From IMG/VR virus record IMGVR_UViG_3300046690_000279, positions 17,717 through 81,716 of that record: DNA of 64,000 nt; one strand, 5' to 3'. The position numbers and the translations under genes are program-made. The notes below the pieces were generated by a model. The model searched no databases. It had not been told where the DNA came from and was given only the letters and a program-made list of their open reading frames with translations. Origin of the DNA: a virus. Below, piece after piece: positions 26,834 to 35,980 of this stretch; the stretch's first letter is position 1, and every line of letters begins with the position of its first letter.

Positions 26834-28354
26834 GTGGGCAGCACGCCTTATCTGCTGACCCCGGTCACGAAGGCGGACGTTAAGCGGGGCGACGGAGGAG
26901 ACTTCGTCGACTTCTCGCAGAGCTTCCTGCGGATCACCAAAGACTCTGTCGGCGGGTCCAGCGGCGAACTGCTTGTCTTCCGGGACTGGCAGCGCCAACT
27001 GTTCGGCCGGTTGCTCGCACGGCGCCCTGACGGCCGTTACAAGCATCGCCAGGCACTCGTGGGCATGCCCCGCAAGAACGGCAAGAGCGCTGTCGGCGCA
27101 GCCTTGGCTATCTTCGGCCTGGTGTCCGGTCCCCGTGGTGGTGAGGTCTACTCCATCGCCGCTGACAAGGAACAAGCGCGCATCGTTTTCGGCACTGCCA
27201 AGAAAATGATTGAGATGGCGCCAGAGATGGCGAACAGCTTTCGCGTGTACCGGGACGCTGTGGAGCTACCGGCGACCGGGTCTGTGTATCGCGTGCTGTC
27301 CGCTGAGGCGTTCACGAAGGAGGGACTTAACCCTCACCTGACGATCGCCGACGAAGTCCACGCGCAGCCCACCCGTGAACTCTGGGACGTCATGAGCCTC
27401 GCCTCTGGCGCCCGTGTTGAACCCATGATGGTGGGCATCACTACCGCTGGCGTGAAGTCGGATAGCTCCGGTGGCGACAGCCTGTGTTACGGCATGTATC
27501 AGTACGGCGAGAAAATCATTCGGGGCGAAATCAAGGACCCCGCCTTTTACTTTGAGTGGTGGGGAGCGCCGGAAGGTGCCGACCACAAGGACCCAGCGGT
27601 ATGGGCTGCCGCTAACCCGGGCTTCAACGACATTGTCAGCGAAGAAGACTTCCACTCCTCCGTACTGCGTACCCCGGAAGCGGAGTACCGCACTAAGCGG
27701 ATGAACCAATGGGTATCGACGGCGCAGGCCTGGCTACCCGCTGGCGCTTGGGACGAGTGCGCTGGCGACGCTGAGAGCATCGAGCCGGGTACCGAGGTGG
27801 TCCTAGGCTTTGATGGCTCGTTCAACAACGACTCAACGGCGCTTGTGGTGGTCACCTGCCCGCAGGGTGAGGATGACAAGCCACACATCGACGTAGTCGC
27901 AGCGTGGGAAAAGCCTACGGATGCCGGGCAGGACTGGTCGGTACCCATCTTCGACGTTGAGGACGAGATACGTAAGGCCTGCCGACGCTGGCAGGTTCGC
28001 GAAATCGTCTGCGACCCGTTCCGCTGGGCGCGCACGTATCAAATCCTCGAATCTGAAGGCCTCCCGATCGTGGAGTTCCCGCAGTCTCCCGCGCGCATGG
28101 TTCCGGCGACGCAGCGCTATTACGAAGCCGTCATGAACAAGACTCTGACTCATAGCGGTGACCCTCGCCTAGCGCGCCATCTCTCGAACTGCATTCTTCG
28201 CACGGATTCGCGCGGCTCGCGCCTGAGTAAGGACGCTAAGGGTTCGCCCCGGAAAATCGACCTTGCCGTTTCCGCTGTCATGGCGCTGGAACGAGCCTGC
28301 CAAGAAGCGGAAGTTATCCCCGAACCCCAGTTCTTTAGTTGGGCGGATCTATAA
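26834..28354 (+). CDS. terL: Terminase large subunit
   Basis: PRKNGKS Walker A, IADEVH, ITTAG, GFDGS and KIDLAV. Confidence 0.95.
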   Translation: MGSTPYLLTPVTKADVKRGDGGDFVDFSQSFLRITKDSVGGSSGELLVFRDWQRQLFGRLLARRPDGRYKHRQALVGMPRKNGKSAVGAALAIFGLVSGPRGGEVYSIAADKEQARIVFGTAKKMIEMAPEMANSFRVYRDAVELPATGSVYRVLSAEAFTKEGLNPHLTIADEVHAQPTRELWDVMSLASGARVEPMMVGITTAGVKSDSSGGDSLCYGMYQYGEKIIRGEIKDPAFYFEWWGAPEGADHKDPAVWAAANPGFNDIVSEEDFHSSVLRTPEAEYRTKRMNQWVSTAQAWLPAGAWDECAGDAESIEPGTEVVLGFDGSFNNDSTALVVVTCPQGEDDKPHIDVVAAWEKPTDAGQDWSVPIFDVEDEIRKACRRWQVREIVCDPFRWARTYQILESEGLPIVEFPQSPARMVPATQRYYEAVMNKTLTHSGDPRLARHLSNCILRTDSRGSRLSKDAKGSPRKIDLAVSAVMALERACQEAEVIPEPQFFSWADL

Positions 28355-28364
28355 GGACGGACAT

Positions 28365-28517
28365 ATGAAGTTCAGGCGGCGCCTGGTAGGCGAAATTGCT
28401 GACGTCACTGGCATTGGTTGCCTGGTCGGCGCTGGTTGGGCATTCAACACGATTCTGGGTCTGGCGCTGGCTGGCGTCGGGCTTATCGTCATTAGCGCTG
28501 TGGTGGTGGACAAGTGA
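28365..28517 (+). CDS. Small membrane protein
   Basis: Hydrophobic; coupled to portal. Confidence 0.65.
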   Translation: MKFRRRLVGEIADVTGIGCLVGAGWAFNTILGLALAGVGLIVISAVVVDK

Positions 28518-29776
28518 GCCTAGCTCGCAGAGCCGGTAAGGCTATTCGAGAGACCCGCTTTTACGCCCCTTCTGGCGCCGGTGATCCCTGGTCTATCCCC
28601 AGTAATGGCAGTCTCGCCGCGTACACATCCGCTGGCGTTGCCGTCAACGATGAAACGGCCATGCAGCTACTCGCTGTGTCCGCCTGTGTCCGCCTGTTGT
28701 CTGATGCTGTCAGCGGCCTGCCCTTCGATTCCGTCAAGGCTGACGGCGAACTGCGCAAGACTGTTGAGCCCCCGCCTGCGATCGTTGCTGACCCGTTTGG
28801 CGGAGGTGCTACGCCCGGTCTGCCTACGCGGCGCCAGGGCTTCGTGCAGATGATGGTTTCGCTGCTGCTGCGCGGGAACGCCTACTGCCTGGTGCTGTCT
28901 AAGGACAGCTACGGCCGTCCAACGCGCCTGATGGTGATTCACCCCGATCGCGTTGACTGTGAGTTTGACGGGAGCGGGCGCCGGAAGTACGCGATTGACC
29001 GTAAGCCCGTGCCCGACGCTGGCGACATTGTCCACATCATGGGAATGGGTTTCCCCGAGTCCCCCACGGGCCTAAGCGTCATCAGCTACGCACGGCAGGC
29101 CATCGGCCTAGGCCTGGCCGCTGAAGAGTTCGGCGCACGGTTCTTCGGCGAAGGCGCCCACATGACGGGTGTCGTCGAGATTGAGGCGGACCTAGACAAG
29201 GATCGCGCGCGCACCATTAAGGAGAATTTCTCTGCCTCGCATAGCGGGTTGAAGAATTCCCACACGGTTGGTGTGCTGACTGGCGGAGCTAAGTGGAAGC
29301 CAATCAGCGTCACGCCCGAAGATGCGCAGTTCCTCGGCACCCGCGCGGCGCAGAATCTCGACATTGCCATGTTGTTCGGCATCCCGCCGCACATGCTGGG
29401 GCAGGTCGACAAAACCACGTCGTGGGGCACGGGCATTGAACAGATGGGCCTAGGCTTTCTCGCCTATTCGCTGTCTGCATGGCTGGGCCGTTTTGAAGAC
29501 GCCTGGTCGACCATGCTGCCCCGCCCGCAAAGCGCCCGTTTCAATGCTGACGCGCTGCTACGCACTGATACAGCGGGCCGGTATGCGGTTTATTCCGCTG
29601 CCCGTTCGGCCGGAATCCTCACCACCAACGAAATCCGCGCCCTTGAGAATTACGGGCCCGTGGACGGTGGCGACGATATCGCGGCCCCGCTGAATTCATC
29701 CACGCCGAGCCTTACCAAAGACAACGGCGCTTCACCGAGTGCGCAGAAAGCTGACGCGTTGGGAGCAGTCCTCTAA
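28514..29776 (+). CDS. Portal protein, HK97 family
   Basis: LLRGNAY, DAQFL, IAMLFGIPP and NEIRALE motifs. Confidence 0.95.
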   Translation: MSLARRAGKAIRETRFYAPSGAGDPWSIPSNGSLAAYTSAGVAVNDETAMQLLAVSACVRLLSDAVSGLPFDSVKADGELRKTVEPPPAIVADPFGGGATPGLPTRRQGFVQMMVSLLLRGNAYCLVLSKDSYGRPTRLMVIHPDRVDCEFDGSGRRKYAIDRKPVPDAGDIVHIMGMGFPESPTGLSVISYARQAIGLGLAAEEFGARFFGEGAHMTGVVEIEADLDKDRARTIKENFSASHSGLKNSHTVGVLTGGAKWKPISVTPEDAQFLGTRAAQNLDIAMLFGIPPHMLGQVDKTTSWGTGIEQMGLGFLAYSLSAWLGRFEDAWSTMLPRPQSARFNADALLRTDTAGRYAVYSAARSAGILTTNEIRALENYGPVDGGDDIAAPLNSSTPSLTKDNGASPSAQKADALGAVL

Positions 29777-30459
29777 TGACCGACTTTTCAAGCCGTGACT
29801 CACGGCGCAATGTCCGCGAGGACCGCAGGCGCCCCTTTGAGGGTATGGAGCTGCGCGAGGCACCTAACGGCACGCTTCGTTTCACTGGCTACGCGTCTGT
29901 GACTGAGACCCCATATGAGATGCAGGACTTTCTCGGCGATTACACAGAGGTCGTCCGGCGCGGTGCGTTCAGTAAGACGTTGGCCGAGGGCGCTGACGTC
30001 CCGTTCAAGTTGAACCATGACGGTATGACGCTGGCGCGGACTAAGTCCGGGACCATGCGACTGTCGGAAGACTCTACGGGCCTGCATGTTGAGGCTGACC
30101 TAGACCCCGGCAACGGGCAGGTGCGCGACATTCGCTCAGCGATGGAGCGGGGCGACCTTGACGAGATGAGCTTTGCGTTTCGCGTGACTCGTCAGGAGTG
30201 GTCGCCGGATTGGACGCAGCGCGATATCACTGAGGTGAACCTCAACAAGGGTGACGTCAGCATCGTGAACTATGGCGCCAACCCGCACACGCAGGGGCTT
30301 ACCTCGCTGCGTAGCGCGCTGACTGACGGCACGATCACACGGGACCAGTTGGAAGCGCTCTTGCGGTCCGTGAGTGACTCCCCTGCCCCGCCTGACCCTG
30401 TTATCGCCCCTTCGGATTTCGCGCTGTATGAGGCGCGCCTCCGCGCCCTGAATCTCTAA
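29776..30459 (+). CDS. Prohead protease, HK97 family
   Basis: FTGYAS, LNHD and MSFAF motifs. Confidence 0.9.
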   Translation: MTDFSSRDSRRNVREDRRRPFEGMELREAPNGTLRFTGYASVTETPYEMQDFLGDYTEVVRRGAFSKTLAEGADVPFKLNHDGMTLARTKSGTMRLSEDSTGLHVEADLDPGNGQVRDIRSAMERGDLDEMSFAFRVTRQEWSPDWTQRDITEVNLNKGDVSIVNYGANPHTQGLTSLRSALTDGTITRDQLEALLRSVSDSPAPPDPVIAPSDFALYEARLRALNL

Positions 30460-30475
30460 CTCTCGCGACTGAGCA

Positions 30476-30493
30476 CATACGGATATCCGTACG
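30476..30493. promoter_or_regulatory. Operator
   Basis: CATACGGATATCCGTACG. Confidence 0.7.
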
Positions 30494-30625
30494 TGCCTTT
30501 CGCTGCCCGCCCGGTTTACGCCGGAGCCTACGCCGGACCCCACGCAACAAGGGGCACCACCTGGGCCACCACCTAACGCAAGTGGTGGGCGATTCCCAAA
30601 GAATCGAACCTAGGAAAGGTCCCTA

Positions 30626-31966
30626 ATGGACAAGCGTTCCCTTATTTCTGACCTGGTTGCCAAGCGCAGCGCCGAGCGTACGAAGCTAGATGCCCTTCTG
30701 GGCGAGGCTCGCTCCGCTGAGGCTGCGGACCTTACCGACGAGCAGCGCTCCGCTTTCGACGCTGGCGAGACTGAGATTCGGGCGCTGGACGACCGCATCA
30801 AGGAGCTTGACGAGCAGGTTCGCGCCGACGACGCTGCGGCTGACATGGCCAAGCGTTATGCGCCGAAGCCTTCGGGTGTTCAGGTCGTTTCCGAGCCTGA
30901 GATCTACCGTTCCGGTCTGAACGGCCAGTCGTACTTCCGCGACATGTGGAATGCGCGCCAGAACGGCGACGCTTCCGCCATGGACCGACTTCAGCGCAAC
31001 AACCGGGGCCGTGCGGCTGAGCAGCGTGCGCTGACCACGGTTAACGGCGCTGGTGGCGAGTTCGTTCCGCCCCTGTGGCTGGAGAAGGAGTTCGTCCGCC
31101 TGGCTCGCGCGGGTCGCATTACCGGCAACCTGGTCCCGACCAGCGCGCTTCCTGCGGGTACCGACTCGATCAACGTGCCGAAGGTGAACACCGGTACGGC
31201 CGTTGCTGTGCAGGCGACTCAGAACACGGGCGTTCAGCAGACCGACCTGACCACCACGTCGATTTCGTCCACCGTGACGACCATCGCCGGTGGCCAGACC
31301 GTTTCGCTTCAGCTCCTAGAGCAGTCGCCGCTGAACGTGGATGACGTCATCCTTGCTGACCTCGCTGCGGCGTACGCCACTCAGTACAACACCCTGATTC
31401 TGAGCGGCTCTGGTTCCGGTGGTAACCCCACCGGCATCTTCACTCTGGCGGGCACCAACGCAGTTGCGACGAACGCTGCGACCACGGCCGGTATGTACGC
31501 GGCTGTTGCCAACGCCATTCAGCAGGTTCACACGAACCGGTTCCTTCCGCCTGACACGATCATCATGCACCCTCGCCGCTGGGCTGCGCTGCTAGCTGCG
31601 TCTGACACCACGGGTCGCCCGCTGGTGACTCCGTCCGCGAACGCGCCGATGAACGCGCTGGCCAACCAGGATGGCGTTAACTCTCAGGGTTACGTCGGCA
31701 CGATTCAGGGTCTGCCGGTTTACGTTGACGCGCTGATTCCGACCAACGTCGGCGCTGGCACTAACCAGGACCGCATCATCGTGGCTCGCATGGCCGACCT
31801 GATGGCTTGGGAGGGCAACGTCAAGGCGGAGGCCTTCCCGCAGACGTACGCCAACCAGCTATCCGTGTTCGTGCGGCTGTACAACTACATGTCGTTCCAG
31901 CCTGCGCGCTACCCGAAGTCGATTTCGGTCGTCGACGGTACCGCCCTGGTGACTCCGTCCTTCTAG
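30626..31966 (+). CDS. Major capsid protein, HK97 fold with delta domain
   Basis: N-terminal coiled coil, GGEFVPP, GSGSGGNPTGI and GLPV. Confidence 0.95.
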   Translation: MDKRSLISDLVAKRSAERTKLDALLGEARSAEAADLTDEQRSAFDAGETEIRALDDRIKELDEQVRADDAAADMAKRYAPKPSGVQVVSEPEIYRSGLNGQSYFRDMWNARQNGDASAMDRLQRNNRGRAAEQRALTTVNGAGGEFVPPLWLEKEFVRLARAGRITGNLVPTSALPAGTDSINVPKVNTGTAVAVQATQNTGVQQTDLTTTSISSTVTTIAGGQTVSLQLLEQSPLNVDDVILADLAAAYATQYNTLILSGSGSGGNPTGIFTLAGTNAVATNAATTAGMYAAVANAIQQVHTNRFLPPDTIIMHPRRWAALLAASDTTGRPLVTPSANAPMNALANQDGVNSQGYVGTIQGLPVYVDALIPTNVGAGTNQDRIIVARMADLMAWEGNVKAEAFPQTYANQLSVFVRLYNYMSFQPARYPKSISVVDGTALVTPSF

Positions 31967-31997
31967 TCCAGTGACCCCGTAGCGGTGGGGGTTGGCA

Positions 31998-32015
31998 CCT
32001 ACGGATATCCGTATG
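31998..32015. promoter_or_regulatory. Operator
   Basis: CCTACGGATATCCGTATG. Confidence 0.7.
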
Positions 32016-32048
32016 TGGTGGCCCCCGCCGTTTGGCTGAGAGGAATTC

Positions 32049-32297
32049 ATGAATCCCATCAACTACGCGCGTGGCCTGGTCGACGAGCTTGAAGGGTGCC
32101 TGCGGACCGCTGACAAGGTGCGGGAAGCCACCGTGCGCGAACAGCTCGCTTGGGTCTCTGGTGAGCTGGACAAGGTCGTTCCGGAGGGTCTCAGCGACAC
32201 CGTGCGCGCCCTGTACGACGAAGCCAAGGCAGCTACGGCCGATGCGCTGGCAAGCAAGCCAAAGAGGGCAGCGAAGGCGCCCGCTCCAACTGAGTAG
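32049..32297 (+). CDS. Hypothetical virion-region protein
   Basis: RBS GAGG. Confidence 0.65.
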   Translation: MNPINYARGLVDELEGCLRTADKVREATVREQLAWVSGELDKVVPEGLSDTVRALYDEAKAATADALASKPKRAAKAPAPTE

Positions 32298-32305
32298 GGG
32301 TTGAT

Positions 32306-33196
32306 ATGCCGCTGATCTACTTTGCCGGGCAGGATGTAGCGCTTACGGCGAACCCGCTCGACGACAGCGGCAGCCCCGTGCAGGGCGCTGTGAGCGTCTC
32401 TGTGACCATCACAGACCCGTCCGGGGGGATTACCCATCCCACCCCGTCAGGGCCCGTCAGCGGGGCGTACACGGCCGTTGTGCCGTCCGTAGGACTGCCC
32501 GGGGTATGGCTTGCCCGCTGGACTGCTACCGGCACGGGTGTTGCCTGGTCGTCAGAGACTCAATTTCAGGTGCGCCCCCTCGGCGTCGAACAGCTCGTCG
32601 ACCTGCCCAGCGTCAAGGCCCATCTGAACATCCCGCCCAACGACACGCGCCAGGATGACGAACTACAGGGCTTCATTCTCGCTGCGGCAGAGATAGCCCG
32701 GAACCATTGCGGCCCGTTCATCCCGGAATCCCACACGGAGTATTTCGACGGCGGGGTTTCACAGATCGTGCCAGCGTTCACGCCGGTTGCGAGCGTGCTG
32801 AGCATCACGGAGTACTACGGGCTTTCAGCCTTTCCGCTGACTGAACAGCCGCTAAGCGGGCAGGTAAACGCATTCGGTTTCACCGTGGACTACAACACGG
32901 GGCAGATCACGCGCCGCACGTTCGGGGGCGAGGCTGCAACGTTCGCTTTCGGCGCGAAGAACATCAAGGTCGTGTACACGGCGGGGCGCGCTGGTGCGGT
33001 GCCTTGGACCGTGCGCCTGGGCGTGCTTGAGCTGATCCGGCATCTGTGGCAGATGACGCAACAGGGTGGCGGACGGCCGAAATTCAACTCTGGCGCCTAC
33101 GACGGTGGCGAAGCCATTGTCCACACGGGCTTTGCCATTCCCTCGCGCGTCCTCGAACTCTGGCAGGCCTACTACAGGGGGCCGGGTATCGCATGA
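32306..33196 (+). CDS. Head-tail adaptor with N-terminal Ig-like extension
   Basis: VKAHLNI...DDELQGFILAA gp6-like motif after a beta-rich N-terminus. Confidence 0.75.
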   Translation: MPLIYFAGQDVALTANPLDDSGSPVQGAVSVSVTITDPSGGITHPTPSGPVSGAYTAVVPSVGLPGVWLARWTATGTGVAWSSETQFQVRPLGVEQLVDLPSVKAHLNIPPNDTRQDDELQGFILAAAEIARNHCGPFIPESHTEYFDGGVSQIVPAFTPVASVLSITEYYGLSAFPLTEQPLSGQVNAFGFTVDYNTGQITRRTFGGEAATFAFGAKNIKVVYTAGRAGAVPWTVRLGVLELIRHLWQMTQQGGGRPKFNSGAYDGGEAIVHTGFAIPSRVLELWQAYYRGPGIA

Positions 33197-33660
33197 GCAT
33201 CCCTTCCAGCACAGCGCCAGCGGTCCGACAGTGGCTTTTCGACCAGTGCACCGCTGGGCTCGCGCCCGACCCAAACAATGTCCGCGCGTCGTTGCTTGTG
33301 TGCTTTGACCAACCGGGGCCGAACGAGCCTGATGACATTGTGGCCATCGGCCAGGTGCGCAGGCATCTGAACGTTGCCTCGATGGTTGGTGGGGGTGGCG
33401 CCGGTTGGCTCGACGAGTCGTACTCAGTCTCTGTCGTAGTCGACGTGTTCCGGGGCAGCGACAGCGGGCAGGTGGCCTACTCGCGGGCCATGGACCTAGC
33501 CAACGCCGTCATTGCCATCGTGCGGACGGATATCACGCTGGGCGGCCACGTCATTAAGAGCGCCCCGACTGGCGATACGGCCGAAGTCGAGTGGGACAGC
33601 GAACACGGCGGTAAGCGCGCGTGCGTGACTGTCGAAATCGAATGCGTTACGAGGATCTGA
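33193..33660 (+). CDS. Tail terminator/completion protein
   Basis: Position and size. Confidence 0.6.
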   Translation: MSIPSSTAPAVRQWLFDQCTAGLAPDPNNVRASLLVCFDQPGPNEPDDIVAIGQVRRHLNVASMVGGGGAGWLDESYSVSVVVDVFRGSDSGQVAYSRAMDLANAVIAIVRTDITLGGHVIKSAPTGDTAEVEWDSEHGGKRACVTVEIECVTRI

Positions 33661-33663
33661 CAC

Positions 33664-33867
33664 ATGCCTGAATTCACATACAGCGGCGACGACGAGCGCT
33701 ATTACCCGTCGCTTGCGCTGGACGTCCGCCCGGGTGACCGAGTGACGCTCGACGCTGACCCCGGGGACGGCCGTTTCGCACCTGCCGAAGGCGCCCCCAC
33801 TCCCCTGCCTGTCTCTGACAGCGCCCCCGACCCTGAGCCCGCTGATATCCCGGAGGTTGGCAACTAA
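33664..33867 (+). CDS. Small hypothetical protein
   Basis: Coupled to the tail tube gene. Confidence 0.6.
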   Translation: MPEFTYSGDDERYYPSLALDVRPGDRVTLDADPGDGRFAPAEGAPTPLPVSDSAPDPEPADIPEVGN

Positions 33868-34832
33868 TGCCCAAGGCAACAGCTCTTTCATTCCTCGGTA
33901 TTGCCAAGGAAACCACGCCCGGCACGCCCGTTGCGTCTACGCAGTACATCCCGGTCACGACTATCACGCCGAAGGACAATCAGCAGCTACTTGACGACAA
34001 GGGCTATCGCGGCTCGCTCGTCGAGGTCTACGACCAGGTGGCGGGTGTCCTAAGCGGCTCGCTGGATTTCGACGGGGACGTTTTCCCGGACACGATCGGT
34101 TTCCCGCTGGCGGGTGTGCTCGGCGATGTTGTTACGTCCGGCGCTTCGGCCCCGTTCACTCACACTTTCTCGGTTCTGAACACGGGCTCGGGCCAGCCGA
34201 AGACGTACACCCTGAATGACAACTACGTTGCCGGTAACCGGCAGTACCCCAGCGCCAAGTTTTCTGAGGTCGGTTTCAAGTTCACGGCCGATGGACTGCT
34301 GACGTACAGCGCGAAGACTACGACGTTCGGGTCTGTCACCGCTTCCGCGCCGACCACGTCCTTTACTGCCATTCCTCCGCTGGTTGGCTGGACTGGTGTC
34401 GTGCAGATTGCGGGTGTCACTCAGGCGGGTGTGCTCGATGGTGAGGTCACCATTAAGCGCCCGGTCACCGTGATTAACCCGGTCGACGGTACGCAGGCGC
34501 CTTCCACCCTGTGGAGTGGTCCCGTGCAGGTAGACGGTAAGGCCACCCTCATCATGGAAGATGACACGGCGCTTACGCAGTACCTCACCACGGTAAAGCC
34601 TGCGATTGACTTCACTTTCTCGGCTGGTGCTGGCGCTGCGGCCGTTCAGCTAAAGCTGCACATGACTAAGTGCAGCATTTCTGCCGCTGATATCACGCGC
34701 GGCAAGGACTACATAGAGGTGCCGATCACGTGGACGGCCCTTGCCAACACCACCGACATTGGCGCGTCGGGCGGGTATTCGCCGATCAAGGTGACCGTTC
34801 AGAACGCCGTGACCTCCGGGACGTACAACTAA
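33867..34832 (+). CDS. Major tail tube protein
   Basis: GIAKETTPGT N-terminus; position. Confidence 0.85.
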   Translation: MPKATALSFLGIAKETTPGTPVASTQYIPVTTITPKDNQQLLDDKGYRGSLVEVYDQVAGVLSGSLDFDGDVFPDTIGFPLAGVLGDVVTSGASAPFTHTFSVLNTGSGQPKTYTLNDNYVAGNRQYPSAKFSEVGFKFTADGLLTYSAKTTTFGSVTASAPTTSFTAIPPLVGWTGVVQIAGVTQAGVLDGEVTIKRPVTVINPVDGTQAPSTLWSGPVQVDGKATLIMEDDTALTQYLTTVKPAIDFTFSAGAGAAAVQLKLHMTKCSISAADITRGKDYIEVPITWTALANTTDIGASGGYSPIKVTVQNAVTSGTYN

Positions 34833-35263
34833 TGATCCACCTGACTCTCCCCTCTGGCGCTACCGCTGATCTTCGCGAAGTTGCCGACGTTACCGAGCGC
34901 CAGCGCAGGCCCATCAAGCGCATTCAGACGAAGCTAGCGGGTCTGCCTGCGTTCACTTCGGCCGTTGCTGAGGCGCAGGCACAGGGCGACGGCGCGGAGC
35001 TATCGCCTGAGCAGCAGCTACGTATCGCGGCGGGCATGGGCGAGGCTTTCGACCTGCTAGAGGAGCTAAACGACTCCCTGGTGGTCGCGCTCGTCGCCGG
35101 TTGGTCCTATGGCTTCGCGGTGAACGTTGATGCGGTGCAGGATCTCCCCGGGCGTGACCTTGACGCGCTGCGTAAGGCTGTGGCGCCGTACCTCGGCCAG
35201 CTAAACCCTGACTTCGAGCCGAGCCCGGATGCAGCGTCCCCTACCGAAGCCTCCGTCGCCTAA
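34832..35263 (+). CDS. Tail assembly chaperone (gpG-like)
   Basis: Lies between the tail tube and tape measure genes. Confidence 0.8.
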   Translation: MIHLTLPSGATADLREVADVTERQRRPIKRIQTKLAGLPAFTSAVAEAQAQGDGAELSPEQQLRIAAGMGEAFDLLEELNDSLVVALVAGWSYGFAVNVDAVQDLPGRDLDALRKAVAPYLGQLNPDFEPSPDAASPTEASVA

Positions 35264-35478
35264 CGGAGGCTCTTTCCCACAACGGGGCAGGGAGCAACTA
35301 CTCAGCGGACGAAATCCCGTCAGAGGAGTATCGGACGTGGCGCCTGTGCACATTGCTGCGCTGTCGCCCGTCCGAACTCGACGCCGAATCCGCTGTAACC
35401 CTGGATTGGCTACTCGCCGTTGATGACGCCGTTGGCAAGGCGCGCAAGATAGTTGAGGGGCGTGCCGCCAATGGCTGA
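35236..35478 (+). CDS. Frameshift extension of the tail chaperone (gpT-like, -1 frame)
   Basis: Open -1 frame ...YRTWRLCTLLRCRPSELD..., with no evident start or RBS of its own. Confidence 0.65.
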   Translation, partial: VPYRSLRRLTEALSHNGAGSNYSADEIPSEEYRTWRLCTLLRCRPSELDAESAVTLDWLLAVDDAVGKARKIVEGRAANG

Positions 35479-35965
35479 TGAATTCATGGCGGTAGTCAAG
35501 GGTGTTGGTGAAGTTCGCACCGCCATTGAGAAGATGCAGCTTGCTTCGGACGAGGCGACCCGCGTAGCGCTGGGCAAGGCAACCGCGTACACGAAGCGAC
35601 GAATTAAGGGCGGCATGCGTGGCGCCCCTCGCTGGGCTAGCAAGGGCGACGACCCTGAGTCGGGCTCGCCTGCTTTCAGTCTCGGTCGCAAGCCTAACCA
35701 CATCCCCCGGTCTGGCGGACCAGGTCAGCTAACCGGTGAGCTATATCAGTCCATCCGCAAGAGCAAAAAGGCTCGTCGCGGAGGCACGGGGGAATGGTCG
35801 CAAGTCGTTATGGCTGGCGGGCGGGGCGGATACCAAAACCGCTACAAAGCAGAAATTGAAGCCCGGTACCCGTACTTCAAACCAGGGGTGGACAAGGCAT
35901 CGCCCAAGGTTCGTGGTTATTTCGAGGGCGCGTGGGCTGCGGCTGTAAACGGAAAGAAATTCTAG
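35471..35965 (+). CDS. HK97 gp10-like tail component
   Basis: PGQLTGELYQSI and RYPYFKP motifs. Confidence 0.6.
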   Translation: MADEFMAVVKGVGEVRTAIEKMQLASDEATRVALGKATAYTKRRIKGGMRGAPRWASKGDDPESGSPAFSLGRKPNHIPRSGGPGQLTGELYQSIRKSKKARRGGTGEWSQVVMAGGRGGYQNRYKAEIEARYPYFKPGVDKASPKVRGYFEGAWAAAVNGKKF

Positions 35966-35980
35966 GGAGGTAGCTTCGCT

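Noticed and set aside
35203-35209. AAACCCT as the chaperone slippery site
   Set aside because: The -1 frame meets TGA immediately
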